Source of the DNA: Candidatus Saccharimonadota bacterium
Lineage (GTDB): Bacteria; Patescibacteriota; Saccharimonadia; Saccharimonadales; Saccharimonadaceae
Length of the DNA stretch: 32,000 bases
Direction: 5' to 3'
Assembly: GCA_025349965.1 (NCBI GenBank)
Contig: CP075337.1
Coordinates: 420,001-452,000 of the forward strand
Position numbers and translations under genes: made by a program. Below, one piece after another: positions 1 to 7,117 of the stretch (positions are counted from its first letter, which is position 1; each line of letters begins with the position of its first letter). The notes beneath the pieces were generated by a model that worked only from the letters and a program-made list of their open reading frames with translations, did not search any database and was not told the DNA's origin.

Positions 1-18
1 AAGAAGGGTCCAAAGCCT

Positions 19-723
19 GTGACCCGCTCAACACTTGAGCGCCGTGGTAAGAACTACCAAAAGGTTGCTGAAAAAGTTGAAAAGTCAAAGCTCTATACAC
101 TTGAAGAAGCGGTGAAGCTCGCAGCCGAGACAAACCCAAGCAAGTTCGACGCAAGCGTTGAAGTGCACGTGCGTCTTGGTGTTGACCCACGTCAAGCAGA
201 CCAGAACATTCGTGCAACTGTAAGCCTTCCTCACGGAACCGGTAAGAACGTTCGCGTTGCTGTATTTGCCCCAGAAGCAGAACACAAGGCTGCTAAGGAT
301 GCTGGTGCTGATATCGTTGGTGACGAAACTTTCCTTGCTCAGCTTGATAAGGAGGTCCTCGACTTCGACGTTCTCGTGGCCACTCCACAGTACATGCCAA
401 AGCTTGGCAAGTACGCACGTCTCCTTGGTCCACGTGGTCTCATGCCTAACCCTAAGAGTGGTACTGTTGCAGCTGACGTTGCAAAGGCTACTACCGAAGC
501 TAAGGCCGGTAAGGTTGAATACCGTGTTGACAAGCAGGCTATCGTGCACCTCGGTGTTGGCAAGGTAAGCTTTGGCGCTGACAAGCTTCTTGAGAACGCA
601 CAGAGCTTCTTTGATAGCCTTCAATCACAGAAACCATCAAGCATTAAGGGTGCCTATGTAAAGAGCATCACCCTTTCTACAACAATGGGCCCTGGTATTA
701 AGGTTGAAAACTTCGTAGCGTAA
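19..723 (+). CDS. rplA: 50S ribosomal protein L1
   Basis: 234-aa ORF with L1 hallmarks (RGKNY, SLPHGTGK, LGPRGLMPNPKSGTV). GTG at 19 is preceded by AAGAAGGG. The frame is open to base 1, so the true start could lie upstream of the window. Confidence 0.93.
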   Translation: MTRSTLERRGKNYQKVAEKVEKSKLYTLEEAVKLAAETNPSKFDASVEVHVRLGVDPRQADQNIRATVSLPHGTGKNVRVAVFAPEAEHKAAKDAGADIVGDETFLAQLDKEVLDFDVLVATPQYMPKLGKYARLLGPRGLMPNPKSGTVAADVAKATTEAKAGKVEYRVDKQAIVHLGVGKVSFGADKLLENAQSFFDSLQSQKPSSIKGAYVKSITLSTTMGPGIKVENFVA

Positions 724-740
724 TTGCTATAGAACCATAT

Positions 741-770
741 AAAAACACCCTCGTAATTGAGGGTGTTTTT
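741..770. terminator. Bidirectional intrinsic terminator between convergent rplA and the 790..1611 gene
   Basis: Perfect inverted repeat AAAAACACCCTC / GAGGGTGTTTTT with a 6-nt loop. A and T tracts sit on either side. Confidence 0.75.
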
Positions 771-789
771 ATTAGTGCAATTTGTACGT

Positions 790-1611
790 TTAATCTATAT
801 AGAGAGAGGTGCCATTTTCGGTAAGAACGGCTTTTTTCGCCGCAGTAACTGCAAGAGCATCAATATCAACAGAAACAGTCGGCTCCGTATTGATTTGAGA
901 AATTTCATGCTTCCTAAGGTGCTGTTCCGCTCCTGCGACGATGGTATTGCGATCGTTTGTGTCCACATTTTCCGCATCTTGCTTCCATTGTGCCTTTAGA
1001 TCTACCGCCGAACGCTGTGCATCGCTTGCCACCTGGGTGGCAACACTTTCAACAGAGGTAATAAAACCGCCAGAAAATACAGGGGCGCCATCTCGTAGAA
1101 CCATAGCACTTGATATAAGCTTTGTAAGACGGTCTGCAGTCTGCCTATTCGCACTACTTACCGCTTCAAAATTTTCAGCAAGTTGGGTAAGTTCATCTCT
1201 TTCCCTGACAAGACTCTCGCGAGTAACTCCATCAGGGGTTGCGAGGATCTTCTGTGCAACTTTTTCAGCTTTCTCTTCTAGAAAGAGCGCGCGGGTGAGT
1301 AATGCATTTTGCTGCTCCTCTTGGCTGTACATATCTCGCATTTCGCGTATTTTAAATAGCGTACGCTCTGCGGCAAGTTGAATATCGGGTTCGTCTTTTT
1401 CTTTAAGAAAATCTCCCATCAAAGAGTCCTGAATCGTACTCTCAATAAGCATTCGCGAACCCTGTAAGTTATCTGCGAGTTGGTTTGCAACGACCTCTTG
1501 TTCGCGGGTAAAGCGCTTTTTAGGTTCCACAGTGAAGGTTTCGGCAAAGAGTGTTTTATGCAGACCGTTTTCCGTATCGGAAGAAGATTGTTCGCGTATC
1601 AAGGTTTCCAT
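790..1611 (-). CDS. Hypothetical coiled-coil protein (273 aa)
   Basis: Long ORF rich in E/K/Q/L heptad-like sequence, with no signal peptide or TM segment. It is convergent with rplA and shares the terminator. I recognise no family. Confidence 0.6.
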   Translation of the reverse strand: METLIREQSSSDTENGLHKTLFAETFTVEPKKRFTREQEVVANQLADNLQGSRMLIESTIQDSLMGDFLKEKDEPDIQLAAERTLFKIREMRDMYSQEEQQNALLTRALFLEEKAEKVAQKILATPDGVTRESLVRERDELTQLAENFEAVSSANRQTADRLTKLISSAMVLRDGAPVFSGGFITSVESVATQVASDAQRSAVDLKAQWKQDAENVDTNDRNTIVAGAEQHLRKHEISQINTEPTVSVDIDALAVTAAKKAVLTENGTSLYID

Positions 1612-1741
1612 CGCAGTGTTTCCTTTTTTGTTTTAGCGCTTGATGCCACTAGTTTAACATGAGCAGTAACCCCACGGCAATACCATTTATGCTATTTTCT
1701 TTTTTATTTTCTTGACGAGGTGTCGAAAAGGTGGTCTTTTG

Positions 1742-1750
1742 TGGTACAAT
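1742..1750 (+). promoter_or_regulatory. Extended -10 promoter TGGTACAAT upstream of thyA
   Basis: TGnTACAAT lies 50 nt upstream of the thyA ATG. The TTGACG at 1712-1717 is 27 nt away, too far to serve as a -35. Confidence 0.4.
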
Positions 1751-1799
1751 GAATGCTAGGTGGCGCGCTAACGGAGTGCGCCTTGTTCATTGGAGAGAA

Positions 1800-2741
1800 A
1801 TGTCAGAAAACACAGGGGCGACGGACGAGATTCCGACGCCGTACGAGGATCTTCTTGTGGAGATCATGGACACGGGAAATGAGCGTGGTGACCGAACCGG
1901 CACGGGCACGAAGAGCTTGTTTGGCAAGCAGGTTCGTTATGACCTGTCCGAGGGGTATCCACTCCTCACGACCAAGAAGGTCTACTTCAAGAAGATGGCA
2001 ACAGAGCTGGTGTGGTTCCTTCGGGGCGACACCAACATTCGTTACCTTCTGGAGCGTGATGTTCACTTCTGGAGTGAGTGGGCCTACAAGGAATACCTGC
2101 TGTCAACAGATCAGGCAGTTCCTGAGTCCAGCTCGGATGAGTGGAAGCAGGGGATGCGTGAGTTCGAGCAGCGTATCGTGGCGGATGGTGAGTTCGCTGC
2201 CACGTACGGCAACCTCGGCCAGGTCTACGGTGCGCAGTGGCGCAAGTGGCAGACGACGACGGGTGAGACGATTGATCAGATTGAAGATGTTATCAACGAG
2301 ATCAAGACAAGTCCGGAGTCTCGTCGCCTCGTGGTGACGGCATGGAACCCGGAGTTCGTTCCGACGAGCGCCCTTCCGCCCTGCCACGTGCTGTTCCAGT
2401 TCTACGTAGCGAATGGGCGGCTTTCCTGCCACCTGTACCAGCGCAGTGCGGACATGTTCCTGGGCGTGCCGTTCAACATCGCCAGCTACGCGCTGTTGAC
2501 GATGATGATCGCTCAGCAGACAGACTTGGAGCCGGGAGAGCTGGTGATGACGTTCGGCGACGGACACATCTACAGCAACCACTTCGACCAGGTGCGTCAG
2601 CAGCTCGGTAATGAGCCCCGTCCATACCCGACGCTGCGGTTCGCGCGTAAGCCCGAGAGCATCTCTGACTACGACGTTTCCGACTTTATCGTCGAGAACT
2701 ACGAGAGTCACGAGCACATCTCGGCGCCGATCGCCGTCTAA
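1800..2741 (+). CDS. thyA: Thymidylate synthase ThyA, long form (313 aa)
   Basis: Motifs RTGTGT, LPPCH, [21 protein letters not shown] and DxHIY. The ATG at 1800 follows GGAGAG at 1792-1797. The listed ORF start at 1731 is an unsupported N-terminal extension. Sampled lines are about 63-65% GC. Confidence 0.95.
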   Translation: MSENTGATDEIPTPYEDLLVEIMDTGNERGDRTGTGTKSLFGKQVRYDLSEGYPLLTTKKVYFKKMATELVWFLRGDTNIRYLLERDVHFWSEWAYKEYLLSTDQAVPESSSDEWKQGMREFEQRIVADGEFAATYGNLGQVYGAQWRKWQTTTGETIDQIEDVINEIKTSPESRRLVVTAWNPEFVPTSALPPCHVLFQFYVANGRLSCHLYQRSADMFLGVPFNIASYALLTMMIAQQTDLEPGELVMTFGDGHIYSNHFDQVRQQLGNEPRPYPTLRFARKPESISDYDVSDFIVENYESHEHISAPIAV

Positions 2742-2756
2742 GGTGAACACCTACCG

Positions 2757-2838
2757 TGTGGCTGGCTTCTTTTTGGGTAAAACCGAAGAAGCCAGCCACA
2801 CCACTCAATCTTTATCACCCCGAGAGGGTGTTTTTTAT
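2757..2838 (+). terminator. Two hairpins downstream of thyA
   Basis: A 15-bp stem TGTGGCTGGCTTCTT / AAGAAGCCAGCCACA spans 2757-2800 and has no U tract. It is followed by CACCC-cgaga-GGGTG plus T6 at 2816-2836, which overlaps the folA stop codon. Confidence 0.55.
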
Positions 2839-3335
2839 TTTGTACCCCTCCGTAGGTAGGTGGTGAACGCGTAATTAAACTTATTACGTGCGTCTGCGGA
2901 ATGCGCCTCGCGCTGTACTATTTCCCACTCATCTAAATTGATCATTGGAAAATAGGTGTCAGCATCGTTAATCGTCGTGTCTATCTCTGTTGCATCAATT
3001 CTGTCTACATAGGGAAGCGCCTCTTTGTAAAGTTGCCCACCGCCAATAATAAACGGTTCGTATTGTGCTTGTTCAAGCGCTTCTTCCAAGCTATGCGCCA
3101 CCAGAGCCCCTTCGATAGCTTTCTGCGACAATGACACGACGATATTCTCTCTATCCCGAAGTGGTCTAGAGGCTTCTGGCAGAGACTCGAAGGTTTTTCG
3201 CCCCATAATTACCGATTCGCCCCACGTAAGTTCTCTGAAATGTTGCATATCAGCCGGCAAAGCGCCCATCCAAGGGATATCGCCGTTTCTTCCGACGGCG
3301 CGATTTCTATCATAAGCAACAACAAGCCGATTCAT
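2835..3335 (-). CDS. folA: Dihydrofolate reductase (166 aa)
   Basis: The N-terminus AYDRNRAVGRNGDIPW and the motifs VIMGRKTFESLP and IIGGGQLY are typical of DHFR. It is convergent with thyA. Confidence 0.9.
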   Translation of the reverse strand: MNRLVVAYDRNRAVGRNGDIPWMGALPADMQHFRELTWGESVIMGRKTFESLPEASRPLRDRENIVVSLSQKAIEGALVAHSLEEALEQAQYEPFIIGGGQLYKEALPYVDRIDATEIDTTINDADTYFPMINLDEWEIVQREAHSADARNKFNYAFTTYLRRGTK

Positions 3336-3368
3336 ATCTTAAGCTTACCATCCTTTCGCTCCACCGTA

Positions 3369-3377
3369 TGCTACAAT
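3369..3377 (+). promoter_or_regulatory. Extended -10 promoter TGCTACAAT for the dcd-like gene
   Basis: TGnTACAAT lies 47 nt upstream of the ATG at 3424, whose SD is AGGGGAG. No good -35 is present. Confidence 0.4.
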
Positions 3378-3423
3378 AGAGAAAATATGAACTGCTGGGT
3401 GGGCAGTAAACAGGGGAGTATCT

Positions 3424-4146
3424 ATGCAGACTGGGGTGTATAGCAACACGCAAATCAAAGAGGCTATTGAGGCTGGTCAGATTGTTTTTCATCCATATCA
3501 GCCAGAGCACATCAACGGTAGTAGTGTTGATGTTACGCTTGGCCAGTGGTTCTTCCGAACCGATCGCAAGAGCCCTGTTAGTGTCTATAACCCCTTTGAT
3601 AAAGACGAGGTAGATCACTACTTCGGTGAGCCGCAAAAAGCTATTTCCCACAAAGAATGGTGCAAGCAGACCGGCAACGAACCGCTTGCAAATATTCCCG
3701 AAGACCACCCCGTTATTGTTCTAGAACCAGGCGAGCGCATTCTTGCACACACGCAAGAGTTTATCGGCATCCTTCCTCCAGGTACGACAAGCATGCAATC
3801 TCGGAGTACATGGGGACGTAATGGCGTTGCCGTCTGTTTTGACGCTGGCTGGGGTGATCCTGGCTACATTAACCGTTGGACAATGGAAATCTATAATCTT
3901 AATCAGCGGCACAGTGTTGTGCTGCCGGTAGGAGAACGCATCGCGCAAATCGTCTTTATGCATACCGGGGAGGTTGAGGGAAGCTACGATAATCTCAGCG
4001 GAAAATACGCTTCAGGGACCAACCTAGAGAACCTGATTGCTTCATGGGAACCACAACAAATGCTTCCACGAGCTTGGAAGGACCAGCGTAGTACGCCCCT
4101 TATTGTGACGAAGTGGGAAGATGACCCCCGCATTGAGCGCGCATAG
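3424..4146 (+). CDS. dcd: dCTP deaminase / dUTPase-superfamily protein (240 aa)
   Basis: The N-terminus (IKEAIEAGQI..., NGSSVDVTLG) and the core (RSTWGRNGV, GWGDPGY, ERIAQIVF) match the Dcd/dUTPase fold. It is longer than a typical Dcd of about 190 aa. Confidence 0.75.
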   Translation: MQTGVYSNTQIKEAIEAGQIVFHPYQPEHINGSSVDVTLGQWFFRTDRKSPVSVYNPFDKDEVDHYFGEPQKAISHKEWCKQTGNEPLANIPEDHPVIVLEPGERILAHTQEFIGILPPGTTSMQSRSTWGRNGVAVCFDAGWGDPGYINRWTMEIYNLNQRHSVVLPVGERIAQIVFMHTGEVEGSYDNLSGKYASGTNLENLIASWEPQQMLPRAWKDQRSTPLIVTKWEDDPRIERA

Positions 4147-5187
4147 CTAATTATTGTTTGAGTTGAAAAAGGCAATGCCGTCATCGGTATCAGGTGTACG
4201 GAAGGCAACGCTCGCAAGCCGCCTTGCAGCTAGTGAAGGCATGTTAAGGGGTGTTTTTTCTGTGTAGCAGAATAAGGTGGTGGATTCCGGCACAACAAAT
4301 GGCTCGGTCGCGTCAGTCTGTACGGTACGTTCAATAAACCCACGGCATCGCGTGTCAGAAATAAGTTCTTCAAACCGCTCATCACTTGTATTATCCCAAT
4401 AAAACGGCTTTTTTGGATTAGCTTTTGTTGCTTCGGCTGCCGCAACTTGCATTGCTTCGAGAATATCACGCGGGAATCCCGATGCTTCGTCCACGCGATA
4501 AGCGGCAACCTGTCGTTCAACAACACGAATAGTTTCCCCTTCGGCTTTTGGAATAAAGCCAAAGTCGTGCTTATAACGAACGATAAATCCGGTAATCCGC
4601 TGCTCGCCACCCTCTAATCTCTCGACATGAGGTGAGATTTTAACGCGACGATAGGCATTCTCGATGGGCTCAATCACTCCGCCGCGCTTAACGATTTCTG
4701 CGGCTGCATCAAGTCGCATTTTTGAAACATGCTCAATACGTTGCCAGTAGGGGTGCGTGACACGGCCAACTTCAAGCCCGCCATCAAGGTCAGTGAAAAG
4801 GGCTACGTCAAACACATCACCGGTTTCACCAAAGCCCGCCTCAACAAGCTGCACAATAGGCTCAAGAGATTCATCAAGACAAGGGTGAGACTGCCGCCAT
4901 TTCGCAAAGTTCTCATAATTAATCATACGACGACGCTCAACGTTAATGTAGTAATCATCAACTAAGAGTTGCTGGAATTCATGAGGTACATTAAGATCCT
5001 CTGGTGGGTGCTCGAATAACTTCGCAAATTCATCCTTAATAAGGGCCTGTCGATCTTTGATCTGCTCGTTAACATACGGATTCGCGGGCATTGCGCTATA
5101 GTGGCGGTCGTGAAGGGCGCCGCTAAAGGGCTCTGAAAACTCAGAAGGACACTCTTGACGGAGTGATAATTGTTCGGCCTCTGTCAT
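4147..5187 (-). CDS. Hypothetical protein (346 aa from the ATG at 5187)
   Basis: Long ORF of backbone GC content with no recognisable motif. The ATG at 5187 lies 10 nt downstream of TGATATAAT. The GTG at 5232 would sit inside the upstream gene's terminator hairpin. Its stop codon directly abuts the dcd stop codon. Confidence 0.6.
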   Translation of the reverse strand: MTEAEQLSLRQECPSEFSEPFSGALHDRHYSAMPANPYVNEQIKDRQALIKDEFAKLFEHPPEDLNVPHEFQQLLVDDYYINVERRRMINYENFAKWRQSHPCLDESLEPIVQLVEAGFGETGDVFDVALFTDLDGGLEVGRVTHPYWQRIEHVSKMRLDAAAEIVKRGGVIEPIENAYRRVKISPHVERLEGGEQRITGFIVRYKHDFGFIPKAEGETIRVVERQVAAYRVDEASGFPRDILEAMQVAAAEATKANPKKPFYWDNTSDERFEELISDTRCRGFIERTVQTDATEPFVVPESTTLFCYTEKTPLNMPSLAARRLASVAFRTPDTDDGIAFFNSNNN

Positions 5188-5197
5188 ACTTTTAATA

Positions 5198-5206
5198 ATT
5201 ATATCA
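5198..5206 (-). promoter_or_regulatory. Extended -10 promoter TGATATAAT
   Basis: On the minus strand the sequence reads TGATATAAT-tattaaaagt-ATG. Confidence 0.4.
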
Positions 5207-5228
5207 GATTTTTGTAAAAAAGTAAATG

Positions 5229-5288
5229 CCACCCCCTCGAGGGTGGCTGGGGGTGGCCTGGAGCAATTAAGCTCTGACAGGCCACCCC
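5229..5288 (-). terminator. Tandem hairpin terminator for the 5295..5642 gene
   Basis: An 11-bp stem GGGGTGGCCTG / CAGGCCACCCC spans 5250-5288. A second hairpin CCACCC / GGGTGG spans 5229-5246. On the minus strand a U-rich run (CATTTACTTTTTT) follows. Confidence 0.55.
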
Positions 5289-5294
5289 ATGACG

Positions 5295-5642
5295 TCAGGG
5301 AAGGCGAATACCAAGGACGTGCAGATTTCTTCGTATAGAGTTCGCAGTCGGAGGGAGCGCAGCCAAGATATCCGCGTATGCTCCGCCCATGTGGCGCGCC
5401 CCGACGATGTCACGCACCTTATTCAGCACCTCGACCACCGTCGAGCCCATGCGTCCACCATGAAGATCATTCATAGTGTTATAGATATCCATCTTGAGAC
5501 GAGCCATCTCATCTGGATTCATCGGACTCGCCGCCACGATACGAACGAAGTGGTCGATACTCCCGATAGCCGCTTCTCCGTAGCGGGCGATGTAGACATC
5601 TACATCCCCTGCGACGTTCGCACTTTTAACTTTTAGAACCAT
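5295..5642 (-). CDS. Hypothetical protein, high-GC orphan (115 aa)
   Basis: The ATG at 5642 is preceded by AAAAGGAGAACCC and terminator hairpins lie downstream. A sampled line is about 65% GC. The antisense ORF 5289..5636 looks like a high-GC artefact. Confidence 0.55.
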   Translation of the reverse strand: MVLKVKSANVAGDVDVYIARYGEAAIGSIDHFVRIVAASPMNPDEMARLKMDIYNTMNDLHGGRMGSTVVEVLNKVRDIVGARHMGGAYADILAALPPTANSIRRNLHVLGIRLP

Positions 5643-5746
5643 GGGTTCTCCTTTTCTCGAAATGTACAACTTATCTCTAAGTACTTGCTATAGTACAGCA
5701 TCTTATTATTTTTTGTCCATCAGGAGGTGCGTGTCGTGGTGAAGCC

Positions 5747-5775
5747 TTGACTTTTTCACAACGTTTCAGTATACT
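5747..5775 (+). promoter_or_regulatory. Sigma-70-type promoter of the rplJL operon
   Basis: TTGACT (5747-5752), 17-nt spacer, TATACT (5770-5775). Confidence 0.65.
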
Positions 5776-5781
5776 CTTTGA

Positions 5782-5987
5782 TAGACATACCAAAGACAGT
5801 AGCTGTGATGTACATCACTTAATCCGCTACCGAGGAACATGTGAGACAAACACACATTTCTACGTCTTTGGCAGTGCGAGAACCAAAGACGTTTTTTAAT
5901 TCTTAAAAAAACACTGCGGGTACTGCCATGTGTCGAACATTAACAGTTTGGTCAAATAGAGAACTAACAGAAACCAAGGAGATTTTT
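5782..5987 (+). promoter_or_regulatory. L10 (rplJ) leader with terminator/antiterminator
   Basis: About 205-nt leader between the promoter and rplJ. ACCAAAGAC occurs twice, at 5789-5797 and 5882-5890. Both copies are complementary to GTCTTTGG at 5864-5871, which gives mutually exclusive pairings. Confidence 0.6.
5862..5897 (+). terminator. Attenuator terminator inside the L10 leader
   Basis: 10-bp stem ACGTCTTTGG / CCAAAGACGT with an 11-nt loop, followed by T6. Confidence 0.7.
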
Positions 5988-6512
5988 ATGGCAATTAGTC
6001 GCGATAAAAAGAACACATTGGTTGCTGAGCTAACTGAGCTTCTTTCAAGTGCAAAAACAACTGCATTCGCGGCATATCAGGGACTTACTGTTGCTGATAT
6101 CCAAGAACTCCGCGCAACCGCACGTGAGGCAGGTGTTACCATCAAGGTGGTAAAGAACCGTTTGGTTCGTGTTGCACTCTCTGGAATCGACGCTTATAAA
6201 GATGTCGATACTTCTTCACTCAACGGTCAGCTGATTTACGCAGCAAGTGCCGAAGATGAAGTAGTACCAGCTAAGGTGCTAAACGATTTCGCTAAGAAGA
6301 ACCCTATGCTTGTTGTTGCTGGTGGTCTTTCACTCGAAAGTGGTCTTATGACTGCTGACGAAGTAAAAGCACTTGCATCACTTCCAAGCAAGGATCAGCT
6401 TATTGGCGAAGTTATTGCTCAATTGCTTTCACCTGTCAACGATGTTACCAACGCGCTTTCGGGCAACTTGCACGCATTGCTTGATGGCGTTGAAGCTAAA
6501 GCAACCAGTTAA
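5988..6512 (+). CDS. rplJ: 50S ribosomal protein L10 (174 aa)
   Basis: The ATG at 5988 follows AAGGAG. The sequence MAISRDKKN..., GLTVADIQELR is typical of L10. The ORF start at 5928 is a spurious extension. Confidence 0.95.
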   Translation: MAISRDKKNTLVAELTELLSSAKTTAFAAYQGLTVADIQELRATAREAGVTIKVVKNRLVRVALSGIDAYKDVDTSSLNGQLIYAASAEDEVVPAKVLNDFAKKNPMLVVAGGLSLESGLMTADEVKALASLPSKDQLIGEVIAQLLSPVNDVTNALSGNLHALLDGVEAKATS

Positions 6513-6601
6513 TTTTCTTTCACTTTTTAGTGAACTCGCACCCATCAGGGTGCAAACCCGGTGATATTTCACCACAATTTAAGATTTAAAAGGAGGCTAT
6601 C

Positions 6602-6979
6602 ATGGCTGATCTAAAGAAATTTGCGGAGACTCTTGTTGGTCTTACCGTACTTGAGGTAAACGAACTCAAGACTATCCTAAAAGACGAATACGGCATTGAG
6701 CCAGCTGCTGCAGCTGCTGTTGCTGTTGCTGCACCTGCTGAAGGCGGTGCTGCTGCTGAAGAAAGCAAGTCTGAATTCACTATCGTTCTTAAGGACGCTG
6801 GTGCTCAGAAGGTTGCTGTAATCAAGGCTGTTAAGGACATTACTGGTCTTGGTCTTGGTGAAGCAAAGGCTATCGTTGATGGCGCACCTGCAGACGTTAA
6901 GGCTAACGTACCTGCTGAAGAAGCTGAAGCAGCTAAGAAGACTCTTGAAGAAGCTGGCGCTAGCGTTGAGCTTAAGTAA
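6602..6979 (+). CDS. rplL: 50S ribosomal protein L7/L12 (125 aa)
   Basis: SD AAAGGAGG. The protein has an Ala-rich hinge and the C-terminal domain [27 protein letters not shown]. Confidence 0.97.
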   Translation: MADLKKFAETLVGLTVLEVNELKTILKDEYGIEPAAAAAVAVAAPAEGGAAAEESKSEFTIVLKDAGAQKVAVIKAVKDITGLGLGEAKAIVDGAPADVKANVPAEEAEAAKKTLEEAGASVELK

Positions 6980-7031
6980 TTCTAAGTTAATTACTATTTA
7001 AGATTCATTCACTCTATTTGACGAACTGTTC

Positions 7032-7067
7032 AAAAACCGCCTGTTTTCTGGGCGGTTTTTTGTTTTT
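7032..7067 (+). terminator. rplL intrinsic terminator
   Basis: AAAAACCGCC-tgttttctg-GGCGGTTTTTTGTTTTT. Confidence 0.8.
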
Positions 7068-7117
7068 GGCTTAAATAGACTATTATAAATAAGATACAAC
7101 TTATGTTTGGAGGGCAC

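Noticed and set aside
85-624. 179-aa antisense ORF and other nested ORFs within rplA.
   Set aside because: rplA is unambiguous. The nested ORFs have no independent support.
2103-2750. Long antisense ORFs opposite the high-GC genes: 2103..2750, 5289..5636, 8576..9043, 12359..13222, 13324..13788 and 21116..21703.
   Set aside because: High-GC coding sequence is naturally poor in stop codons on the opposite strand. These translations are R/H/V-rich and low in complexity, and lack SD or promoter signals. The sense genes have recognisable motifs, signal or TM segments, promoters and terminators.
5715-5750. AGGAGG at 5722-5727 followed by GTG codons, as a possible micro-ORF upstream of the rplJ promoter.
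   Set aside because: The only frames available encode 3-8 codons before a stop. The start overlaps the SD itself and there is no supporting structure.
5928-5987. N-terminal extensions in the ORF track: 1731 for thyA, 5928 for rplJ, 11939 for the surface protein, 14813, 18450 and 21730.
   Set aside because: In each case an internal ATG with a proper SD or promoter gives the conserved N-terminus or signal peptide. The extensions run through leaders, terminators or the upstream gene.
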